A DNA stretch of 12,134 nucleotides, from positions 1 to 12,134 of the forward strand of contig NW_021826692.1 in NCBI RefSeq assembly GCF_006345805.1, given 5' to 3'. The stretch is from Octopus sinensis. Lineage: Eukaryota. Shown piece by piece: positions 1 through 7,951 of the stretch (the stretch's first letter is position 1; every line of letters starts with the position of its first letter). The notes beneath the pieces are model-generated. The model was not told the origin of the DNA, ran no database searches, and saw nothing but the letters and a program-made list of their open reading frames with translations. Both the position numbers and the translations under genes were made by a program.

Positions 1-504
1 TCCCACACACACATGCACGCACACTCACACACCCCAAATAGCTCGTGCATACACACAATACATCGAACACATATAAGCACGCACACATGTACACACACAC
101 GCCCACACACACATACACACATACACGGAGACACAGACACATACACACACACACATTTACAAACAGGCACATACACACAGACACACTCACAGACGCACAA
201 TCGAGCACAAACATACGCACACACACACACACACACACGTGCGTGCGCACACACTTGCGCGCGCCCATACACACACACGCTCACACACAAAGGCACACAC
301 ACACACACACAGATACACTCATACACACACATCCACGCATACACACACAGGTACACACACACACAGACAGGCATACACACACACACAGACAGGCATACAC
401 ACACACACACACTCATACACACACACGCACATACACATATTTACGCATACACACACGTATATACACACACACATGCACACATACACACACACACACACGC
501 ACAC
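1..504. repeat. Degenerate (CA)n/(CACATA)n microsatellite field
   Basis: Interrupted CA dinucleotide runs throughout; produces the spurious His/Thr-rich and Val/Cys-rich ORFs. Confidence 0.97.
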
Positions 505-753
505 GAGACCCTACGAAAGATCCCTTCAAGTCCATACCATCGAAATACATACATAAAAGTCAACAGACATTGGGAAGACAAAAACAAGTCACCGCTTTCA
601 GATTAGACGTGAAATAAAACAAATGTTTTCGCTACGTCTTGCTTCCCACCAGACTCCAACCATGCCCCTCACCTCGCCCCATTTCTAATATTTACCTTAG
701 AAAGAAACAGTGACAGCTTAACAAGTTTACAATATTACAGTGGCGGTTTTTAG

Positions 754-1161
754 AGGGCGGGTGAGCTGGGAGAATCGTTAACACACCGGGCGAAATGCTT
801 TGCGGTATTCCGTCTGCCGCTACGTTTTGAATTCAAATTCCGCCGAGGTCGACTTAGCCTTTCATCCTTTCGAGGTCGATTAAATAAGTACCAGTTACGA
901 ACTGGGATCGATATAATCGACTTAATCTGTTTGTCTGTCATTGTTTGTCCCCTCTCTATGTTTAGCCCCTTGTGGGCAATAAAGAAATAGGTATTTCGTC
1001 TGCCGCTACGTTCTGAGTTCAAATTCCGCCGAGGTCGACTTTGCCTTTCATCCATTCTGCATCGATAAATTAAGTACCAGTTGCGTACTGGGGTCGATGT
1101 TATCGACTGGCCCCTTCCCCCAAAATTTCGGGCCTTGCGCCTAGAGTAAAAACGAAATATT
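754..1161 (+). mobile_element. tRNA-derived SINE family 1, dimeric copy (full monomer with tail A 754-989, then 5'-truncated monomer with tail B 990-1161)
   Basis: Head GGCGGGTGAGCTGGGAGAATCG (A-box-like), B-box-like GAGTTCAAATTCC, core GCCTTTCATCCTTTCG.GGTCGAT..A.TAAGTACCAG (resembles the Nin/Deu-type SINE core, recalled); many homologous copies in the window. Confidence 0.9.
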
Positions 1162-1177
1162 AGTGGCAGTTTTTATA

Positions 1178-1378
1178 AGGCGACGAATCGTTAACACCCC
1201 GGGCGAAATGCTTAGCGATATTTCGTCTGTCTTTACGTTCTGAGTTCAAATTTCGCCGAGGTCGACTTTGCCTTTCATCCTTTCGGGGTCGATAAATTGA
1301 GTACCAGTTGCGTTCTGAGATCGACTGGCTCCCCACCCCCAAATTTCGGGCCTTGTGCTTAGAGTAGAAAAGAATATT
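1178..1378 (+). mobile_element. SINE family 1 copy, tail B, small internal deletions
   Basis: GAATCGTTAACACCCCGGGCGAAATGC...GAGTTCAAATTTCGCCGAGGTCGACTTTGCCTTTCATCC...GGGCCTTGTGCTTAGAGTAGAAAAGAATATT. Confidence 0.9.
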
Positions 1379-1396
1379 ACGATGGAAGTTTTTATA

Positions 1397-1507
1397 AGGT
1401 GGTCCTTTCGGGAGTCGATAAATTAAATACCAGTTGAACACAGGGGTTGATGTGAACGATTTGACACTTTTTCCGAAATTGCTGTCCTTGTGCTGGAAAT
1501 CAATGTT
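1397..1507 (+). mobile_element. SINE family 1 copy with large internal deletion, tail C
   Basis: AGGTGG head joined directly to TCCTTTCGGGAGTCGATAAATTAAATACCAG, ending GAAATTGCTGTCCTTGTGC. Confidence 0.75.
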
Positions 1508-1519
1508 TAGTTTTGTTTA

Positions 1520-1742
1520 AGGCGGCCAAGGGGCAGAATCGTTGGCAGGATAGGTAAAATGCTTGACGGCATTTCATCCGTCTTTACGTTCTGAGTTCAA
1601 ATTCCACCGAGGTCCACATCTCCTTTTATCCTCTCGGGGTTGATAAAATAAGTAGCAGTTATCACTAGGTTGATGTAATCGATTTGATGTTTTTTTTTCC
1701 CCTGAAATTGCTGATCTTGTGTCAAAATTCGAAATCAGTATT
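1520..1742 (+). mobile_element. SINE family 1 copy, diverged, tail C
   Basis: GGCGGCCAAGGGGCAGAATCGTTGGC head, GAGTTCAAATTCC box, tail GAAATTGCTGATCTTGTGTCAAAATTCGAAATCAGTATT. Confidence 0.85.
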
Positions 1743-1756
1743 ACTGTTGCAGTTTA

Positions 1757-1977
1757 AGGCAGCGAGGTGACAGAATCGTTTGTACGCCGAGCAAAACACT
1801 TATAGAGGCAGTTCGAATGTCTTTTCGGTTGGAGTTGAAATTCCGTCGAGGTTGACTTTGTCATTCATCCTTTAGAGAACGATAAAATAAGTACCAGTAG
1901 AGCACTGGGGTCGATGTAATTGACTTACTCCTTTCATCGAAACTAGTGCTCTTGTCCCAAAATTTCAAACCAATATT
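1757..1977 (+). mobile_element. SINE family 1 copy, diverged, tail C
   Basis: GGCAGCGAGGTGACAGAATCG head, GATAAAATAAGTACCAGTAGAGCACTGGGGTCGATG core, tail CTTGTCCCAAAATTTCAAACCAATATT. Confidence 0.85.
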
Positions 1978-2045
1978 ACAGTGGCAGCCATTTTGTGGAA
2001 ACTTCCTTTCGGTTTTGTTTCTATATCATATTTTTAAAAAATTTA

Positions 2046-2132
2046 TTTTACTTGTTTCTGTCATTGGACTGTGGCCATCCTGGAGGAACAGCTTTGAAGA
2101 ATTTTTAGCGGAACTAATCGACCCTAATACTT
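2046..2132 (-). mobile_element. SINE family 2, 3' fragment
   Basis: TTTTACTTGTTTCTGTCATTGGACTGTGGCCAT matches 3954-3987 and the reverse complement of the 3' end of 9481-9880. Confidence 0.75.
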
Positions 2133-2139
2133 TCATTTT

Positions 2140-2629
2140 AGTAAAGTTTATTTGCCAACATACAAAGACGACGTTAGTGTTTTTTAGCCCCAGGAAAGCA
2201 TCTTTATGTTTCTATAACCTGTGTTAATTCTGTAACCCTTTAAAATGGAAGGTAAGAAACTTCATTTTCGGCACTTGATGCTTTGGGAACCAGACAAAAA
2301 TTGCTGCAGTTCGGCTGGGATGTGTTACCCCACCCTCCATATTCACCAGGTATTGCTCCTTCGGATTTCCACTTATTCAGGTCTCTGCAGAATAGTCTTA
2401 ATGGTAAAAATTTCAATTCCTTGGATGACATAAAAATATACCTTGATGAATTCTTTGCCAATGAAACCACCTCAATTCTGGGAAGAGGGTATTTTCAAGT
2501 TAAAGGAAAGATGGACGCATTGTGCAACAAAATGGTTCATATTTGGTTGATTAAAAATGTAATGGCTAGTATTTATTGACCTTTTTCTTTCCTTTAAAAA
2601 TCGGCACGAACTTTCCGGACAACCCAATA
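2140..2629 (+). mobile_element. Mariner (Tc1/mariner) internally deleted, non-autonomous element; left boundary uncertain
   Basis: N-terminal MEGKKLHFRHLML (2245) fused to C-terminal WDVLPHPPYSPGIAPSDFHLFRSLQN (mariner YSPDLAPSD motif); right TIR ...GAACTTTCCGGACAACCCAA followed by TA at 2628-2629. Confidence 0.92.
2245..2550 (+). pseudogene. Mariner transposase remnant (most of the HTH and the first two catalytic Asp segments deleted; frameshifted)
   Basis: ORFs 2245-2433 and 2283-2579 supply the N- and C-terminal pieces in different frames. Confidence 0.88.
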
Positions 2630-2672
2630 TTTTAGCCGGGCGTGCTAACGTTTCTACCAGCTGGCAGCCTTA
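2630..2672 (-). mobile_element. SINE family 1 head fragment abutting the mariner TIR
   Basis: Reverse complement AAGGCTGCCAGCTGGTAGAAACGTTAGCACGCCCGGCTAAAA matches the SINE head. Confidence 0.75.
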
Positions 2673-2691
2673 CTATTACCATATTACATAC

Positions 2692-2871
2692 TGTTTTTTA
2701 GTTCAAATTTCGATAATGACAACTTTGCCTCTTAATCCATTCGGGGGCGTTGGTGGTAATGGGTGACGGTTAAATAGGTACCAATTGGGAGCTGGCGTTA
2801 ATGTGATCGACTAGTTACCCCTACTCTGCTTCTTAAAATTTCAGACCTTGTGCCCTTATAGTAAGTATATT
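2692..2871 (+). mobile_element. Old, 5'-truncated SINE family 1 copy
   Basis: AGTTCAAATTTCG, ACTTTGCCTCTTAATCCATTCGGGG, TAAATAGGTACCA, tail AAAATTTCAGACCTTGTGCC. Confidence 0.7.
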
Positions 2872-2995
2872 GCGTGCTATTGGCAATAATTAATGAAATC
2901 TGGTGCGAAAGAAACTGTTTAGCAAAACCTTGTTGGACACGAATTCCCATGAAGAACTTGTTTGAAAATAGGTTGGCGATGATAGGACTTAGTGA

Positions 2996-2996
<1 letters not shown>

Positions 2997-3036
<40 letters not shown>

Positions 3037-3137
3037 CGTGTGTTTGTGTGTGTAGAGTGTGTGTAGGTGTGTGTGTGTTTGTGTGTGGAGGGGTGTGTTT
3101 GTGTGTATAGGTATGTGTGTGTGTGCGTGTGTGTGTG
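2997..3137. repeat. (TG)n microsatellite
   Basis: Pure then degenerate TG run. Confidence 0.97.
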
Positions 3138-3156
3138 GATAAACTTGCACTCGATG

Positions 3157-3530
3157 AGCAGAGACAGAGGGAGAAAGAGAAAGAGAGAGAGAGAGAAAGA
3201 AAGAAAGAAAGAAAGAAAGAAGGAAAAGAGAGAGAAAGTAAGAGAGCGAGTGAAAGAGAGAGAGAAAGTGGGGGAGCGAGAGAGAAAAGGAGAGAAATTA
3301 AGAAAGCAAGAGCGAAAGAGAGGGAGAAAGACAGAGAGAGAAAGAGAGAGAGAGAAAGAAAGAAAGAAAGAAAGAAAGAAAAGAGAGTGACAGAAAGAGC
3401 GAGAGAAAGAGAGCGAGAGAGAAAGTAAGAGAGTGAGAGAAAGAGAGAGAGAGAGAGATAAAGAAAGAGAGAGAGGGAAAAAATAGAGCGGGAGAGAAAG
3501 TAAGAGAGCGAGAGAAAGACAGAGAGACAG

Positions 3531-3570
<40 letters not shown>
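3157..3570. repeat. Compound (GA)n/(GAAA)n polypurine tract
   Basis: About 410 bp, almost all purine on the + strand; source of the Ser/Leu and Arg/Glu ORFs. Confidence 0.97.
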
Positions 3571-3574
<4 letters not shown>

Positions 3575-3774
3575 TTGAAACCACATTTAACAAGCATTGC
3601 AGGTCAACAAAAACGTGTGAATTGTAAGCGGCACTTGAAAAGTCAAGTAGTTAAACCCACAAAAGGAGAGAAATGTTATAGCAATTGAATGGCACCGCTG
3701 ACTGAATTCTACATCACAATTATTGCAAAACCGGAACCATTTCTTTCTTCTTTTGTTTTCGTTTTCCGTTATCG

Positions 3775-3800
3775 TTTTTTTTTTTTTTTTTTTTTTTTTT
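3775..3800. repeat. Poly-T run (26 nt) in a T-rich tract
   Basis: Direct reading. Confidence 0.95.
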
Positions 3801-3935
3801 GTGTTTTGTTTTCGTTATTTTCTTTTGGTTTGTGAATGGCAAAACTTATGAAACCCAATCCGGTTGGTTTATCTTATTTTACAACGACACACTTTTGCTT
3901 CGACTGTACATCACCAAATAACTTTCTGTTTATAA

Positions 3936-4150
3936 TCTTTTACTCTTTTACTCTTTTACTTGTTTCAGTCATTTGACTGCGGCCATGCTGGAGCACCGTC
4001 TTTTAGTCGAACAAATCGACCCGATGACTTCTTCTTTGTAAGCCGAGTACTTATTCTATCGGTCTCTTTTGCCCATAGTGGAGGGAAAATCACAGATACA
4101 CAAATATATACGCACTCATACATACATACATGCATACATACATACATACA
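3936..4150 (-). mobile_element. SINE family 2, 3' half with (AGTAAAAG)n-type tail, running into its internal microsatellite
   Basis: Reverse-complement match to ~9600-9880 (GCAAAAGAGACCGATAGAATAAGTAC, GGTGCTCCAGCATGGCCGCAGTC, GAAACAAGTAAAAGA); short deletion near 4075. Confidence 0.88.
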
Positions 4151-4158
4151 TACATATA

Positions 4159-4199
<41 letters not shown>
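4117..4199. repeat. (TACA)n then (TA)n microsatellite
   Basis: Direct reading. Confidence 0.95.
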
Positions 4200-4202
<3 letters not shown>

Positions 4203-4333
4203 TAAATATAAAATATAAATTACAAAGTGGGACAAGAACGCAAAAACAACACAAAGAGACGACACAAAAAAAAAACACACGGCTCACTCGAAGCCTCTAA
4301 TCTTCAGTCGGGAACCGGATCATCTTAGTAATT

Positions 4334-4430
4334 TCCGTTGTCAAACGCTGTCTATAAATAATTGCGAAAATAAAATTCTTCATCTCTATTTTATTTTCGC
4401 AATTATTTATAGACAGCGTTTGGCAACGGA
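4334..4430. repeat. Inverted repeat, 43-bp arms (42/43), 11-nt loop
   Basis: 4334-4376 TCCGTTGTCAAACGCTGTCTATAAATAATTGCGAAAATAAAAT pairs with 4388-4430; one mismatch at 4423. Confidence 0.97.
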
Positions 4431-4694
4431 TGCAGAAACGGCCGTAAGATATGTTACGTCGCCTATTTTGTTATGTCATGCTTTGTATTAAAAAATAAGC
4501 TATAAATGTGGTTCAATGGATGCGTTTGTTAATCTGGGATTTTCTCCATTTTCTGATTATTTGTATTTGTTTCTTGATAAACTTTTGTTTATCTTGTTGT
4601 TACCTGCACATAGTGTGCCTGCACACAAATCCCCGGGGATAACACGGGTAACGGATACCGATAATACATAAGGGTATTTTATACCTTATTCGGT

Positions 4695-4730
4695 TATTAT
4701 AACAGCTCACTCTGTTTACACTATATATGT

Positions 4731-4762
<32 letters not shown>

Positions 4763-4799
4763 TACATATATAGTGTAAACAGAGTGAGCTGTTATAATA
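4695..4799. repeat. Inverted repeat, perfect 36-bp arms around a (TA)n spacer
   Basis: 4695-4730 TATTATAACAGCTCACTCTGTTTACACTATATATGT is the exact reverse complement of 4764-4799. Confidence 0.97.
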
Positions 4800-4839
4800 T
4801 ATATATATATATATTATATATATATATATATATTATATA

Positions 4840-4870
<31 letters not shown>

Positions 4871-4957
4871 TGTATGTATGTATGTATGTATGTTTGTATG
4901 TATGTATGTATATATATATATTATATATATATATATTATATATATATATGTATGTAT

Positions 4958-4991
<34 letters not shown>

Positions 4992-5021
4992 TGTATGTAT
5001 GTATATATATGTATATATATA
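4800..5021. repeat. Alternating (TA)n/(TATG)n microsatellite
   Basis: Two TA-then-TATG blocks. Confidence 0.95.
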
Positions 5022-5164
5022 TTGGGTTGGCAACTAAGTTCTCACCGTTTTTTTTTAATTTAAAATTTTAAAAGGGTTTAATAAAAAATAACAACTAACT
5101 AATCAATAATGAATTCACCCTTGTTGTTTAGAACTTCTTCCCAACGTTCAACAAGATTTTCAAT
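5020..5164 (-). mobile_element. Mariner 3'-terminal fragment (second family)
   Basis: TA followed by TIR TTGGGTTGGCAACTAAGTTCTCACCGTTTT; minus-strand 5164-5099 translates IENLVERWEEVLNNKGEFIID*, a typical mariner transposase C-terminus missed by the ORF track. Confidence 0.88.
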
Positions 5165-5180
5165 AATAATGATGATGATG

Positions 5181-5212
<32 letters not shown>

Positions 5213-5213
5213 A
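5165..5213. repeat. (AAT)n/(GAT)n microsatellite
   Basis: Direct reading. Confidence 0.95.
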
Positions 5214-5216
5214 ACA

Positions 5217-5580
5217 AGACCTTAACTAACTGAAAGTGTTATCATGTACATTGTTTTGTCTTGGTATAAAAGATGGGCTACAGCAAATATTCTGCTCAAT
5301 ACCACAGATTTGCTTGTCAGTTGTTTGACCTTAACCAGTTGAGCATGTCCCTTGGTGGCTGATGATATGTGCATCTCTGATCACGAGCAGAAGTAGTGGG
5401 GAGGCATCATAGCCATGTGTTGAGAGGGATTCTTTGGGGTTTGGATAATTCACCTTTGGAAACGTGGATGTTTCGTTCAACATCCTTAAACAATCCTTAT
5501 TCAGGGACCTTTCGAGCAGGATGGTTACTCGACCAGAAGAAAATTCTAACAGGGCCCCACGTGCATGCACTGTTTATTTT
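5217..5580 (+). mobile_element. Unclassified interspersed repeat fragment, possibly a retroposon 3' UTR
   Basis: Recalled similarity to an abundant octopus repeat; sits between a microsatellite and a LINE; no recognisable protein. Not verifiable within the window. Confidence 0.4.
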
Positions 5581-5581
5581 C

Positions 5582-7445
5582 GCTTAAAAGCGAACAAAAT
5601 TACAGGGCACTGAACAGGAAGTATTAAAAAAAAGGGCCTGAGCGTGATAATGGAGGAACTGAAACAGCGCTTCGTTGCAAAGAAAGCAAAGATGGTAAGA
5701 TACGACCAAAGAATGAAGGGATACCAGCAGAATACGTTATTCAGAGTAGATCAGAAGAGATTCTACAAAGAAATAGAGTGTACAGACGAAAAGTTGATAC
5801 CAGATAACATTGAAAGTCTAAGGTTTTGGAGTGCCATATAGAGCAAAGACAAGGAGCACAAGAAGGATATTGAATGGTCGCAAAAACTGAAACAAACAGT
5901 AGTCTGTCCAAAACAGGCAGCACTAGTCATTTCAGTTAGAGAAGTGAAGGAAATCAGCTAAAAAATGGGCAACTGGATGGAAGCTGCTGGGACCAGATGG
6001 AGTTCGAGGCTACTGGATCAAAAGATTTGGTGAATGTCATGCACGAATAGCTGCAGAACTCAACACCTTGTTAAATGCCGACCAAGTAACACCAGAGTGG
6101 TTGACATGGGTAGGACAGTGTTGTGCTTGAAAAACATCGAAAAAGGCAATAGGGTAGACAATTACAGGCCGATATCCTGTTTGCCACTTATGAGGAAATT
6201 ATTGGCTGGAATACTCGCAGATTCAATGTACGGACATCTGGGAAAAAATGTAGTCCTCCCACATGAGCAGAAGGGTAGCATGCGTAAGTGCAGAGGTGCC
6301 AAGAATCAATTCCTGGTAGACAAAACTGTTGTTAGACACTGCAAGAGGAGGAAAACTAACTTAGCCATGTCATGGATCGATTATCATAAGGTGTACGATA
6401 TGATCCCACATTCTTTGATTATGGAATATATGAACCTATTTGGTATTGCTTCGGATGTTGAGTAATTGCTTGCAAAAACTATGGCGAAGTGGAGGACAGA
6501 ACTGACAGCTTATGGAAGAAGTTTAGGGACAATAGAAATCAGGAGAGGCATCTTCCAAGGGGACTGGCTGTCCCCACTCATCTTTGTACTGTGCTTGATA
6601 CCACTAACACCGATTCTGAAGAAAGCAAAGGCTGGGTGTGTATTCAAAAGCCGCCAACAAAATGTCAACCACTTGTCATTCATGGATGACCTCAAACTTT
6701 ATGGTAAAGATGAATCCCAAGTCACTTCCATCGTTGATACGGTGTATACTTTCAGTGCTGATATCAGAAATGTGACTTAAAACCGAAAACGGAGGCTCTA
6801 ATCTGTACTGCCCAAGAGCAAGAACTAAGAACGAATTGCATCAAATACAGAATAGACAACACATTAGAAAGTGATAAGTGTAGAATCTGTGGACAAAATG
6901 GTGAAACCGTATAGCATATTACCAGTTTTGTACGCCACTAGCCCAGAAAGAACATAAGAAACATCATGACAATATAGCAAGGACTGTCCATTGGACACTT
7001 TACAACAAGTATGGACTTGACAGAGCAAAAAAGTGGTACGATCATAAACCCGAAGGCATCATCAAAGATGATCATGCAAAGATCCTATGGGATTTTATAA
7101 TACAGTGCGACCATGAGATACAGAACAGGAAACCAGACATAGTGTTGAGAAAGAAAGCAAACGATGCTAGATCATAGATATAGCATACCCAGCTCACAAC
7201 AAAGTATGCGATAAGGAAGAAAGAAAAGTCGATAGATATGACAGGTTAGCTTGGGAAGTTAAGCAGTTGTGGTCGATGAATAGGTGGAAGTAGTACCAAT
7301 AATGGTGGGAGCCTTGGAAACAGTGAGTAAAAATATTGAGAAGCACGTAGAACAAATAGGGGCTGCAATAAGGGTGGAGCAGTTGCAGAAAACAGCACTG
7401 GTTGGAACCGCTCGAATACTCCGGATGGTTGCTCGAAAAATAAGA
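5582..7445 (+). pseudogene. Disrupted RT-RLE polyprotein
   Basis: Multiple stops (e.g. 6463-6465, 6912-6914), frameshifts, and an internal deletion near 6768. Confidence 0.9.
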
Positions 7446-7520
7446 GGTGGTACCTTAGTTCACTGGTAGTGAACAGCTGACACCGTAACATCTCGAGCGT
7501 TAGAAGCTGTGCAAAGGCAA
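5582..7520 (+). mobile_element. R4/Dong-clade non-LTR retrotransposon (RT, CCHC finger, restriction-like endonuclease); 5'-truncated and decayed
   Basis: EELKQR..RY..QN.LF; GPDGVRGYWIK; NYRPISCLP; [13 protein letters not shown]; GIFQGDWLSPLIF; NHLSFMDDLKLY; TEALICTAQEQELRTN; CRIC..ETV*H..C (6879-6931); HHDNIARTVHW; KILWDF..RKPDIV; IIDIAYP; VVPIMVGAL; short 3' UTR, then (AAT)n. Confidence 0.92.
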
Positions 7521-7561
7521 TAATAATAATAATGATAATAATGATAATAATAATAATGATA

Positions 7562-7785
7562 ATAATCTTTTGTACAATAGGCACAAGGCCTGAAATTTGG
7601 GGGGCGGGGGGAGAGGCACGAAGCCTGAGGGGACTAATCGATTACATCGACGCCAGTGTTTCGTTGGTACTTAATTTATCGACCCCGAAAGGATGAAAGG
7701 CAAAGTCGATCTCGGCGGAATTTGAACTCAGAACGTAGCCACGGGCTAAATACTGCTAAGGATTTTGTCCAGCGTGCCAACGACT

Positions 7786-7788
<3 letters not shown>
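7562..7788 (-). mobile_element. SINE family 1 copy (tail B-like) inserted in (AAT)n; first ~14 nt of head missing
   Basis: GGTACTTAATTTATCGACCCCGAAAGGATGAAAGGCAAAGTCGATCTCGGCGGAATTTGAACTC is the reverse complement of the core. Confidence 0.9.
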
Positions 7789-7847
<59 letters not shown>

Positions 7848-7850
<3 letters not shown>

Positions 7851-7909
7851 TTGGGCTTCGTATATTTTACCCCAGTGTCACTTTGATGGCATGAACTGCT
7901 CTCTCACTC

Positions 7910-7910
<1 letters not shown>
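7848..7910 (+). mobile_element. Probable 3'-terminal stub of an (AAT)-tailed retroposon
   Basis: About 60 bp of complex sequence ending CTCTCTCACTC-(AAT)n, embedded in AAT repeats. Confidence 0.5.

Positions 7911-7951
<41 letters not shown>

Larger units (their letters stand above)
730..1987 (+). repeat. Head-to-tail SINE array separated by a short direct repeat (consensus ~AATATTACAGTGGCAGTTTT)
   Basis: Linkers at 731-753, 1156-1177, 1373-1396, 1502-1519 (degenerate), 1737-1756 and 1972-1987; CAATATTACAGTGGC is identical at 730-744 and 1971-1985. Confidence 0.8.
4200..4799. mobile_element. Non-coding, structure-rich insertion between (TA)n tracts; possibly rearranged terminal repeats of a Penelope-like element
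   Basis: Bounded by (TA)n on both sides, two long fold-backs, partial hammerhead-like motifs; no ORF. The Penelope assignment is inference only. Confidence 0.45.

Noticed and set aside
13-617. 197-aa and 190-aa His/Thr-rich ORFs
   Set aside because: Translations of (CA)n; open in several frames, no domain.
754-845. Functional tRNA gene
   Set aside because: A/B-box-like head lacks a closing acceptor stem and runs into the SINE body in every copy.
750-1441. Recurring peptide RPRKDERQSRPRRNLNSER in several ORFs (also 8411-9091, 9200-9406)
   Set aside because: Antisense translation of the SINE core, not a protein family.
730-1987. CRISPR array
   Set aside because: The spacers are 110-400 bp mutually homologous SINEs, the repeats are degenerate, there are no cas genes and the context is eukaryotic.
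2798-3597. Long Ser/Leu and Arg/Glu ORFs up to 262 aa
   Set aside because: Stop-free readings of GA/TG microsatellites.
3775-3935. Processed pseudogene or retrocopy attached to the poly-T run
   Set aside because: No recognisable ORF, polyadenylation signal at the expected spacing or TSD was found.
2600-5050. Composite transposon bounded by the two mariner TIRs
   Set aside because: Both are 3' ends of different elements whose bodies extend away from the interval, and the TIRs differ beyond TTGGGTTG.
6034-6780. Active or domesticated reverse transcriptase, or a bacterial retron/DGR-type RT system
   Set aside because: Motifs are those of eukaryotic non-LTR elements; stops, frameshifts and a deletion disrupt the frame. 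The minus-strand RT at 10499-12134 is likewise frameshifted.
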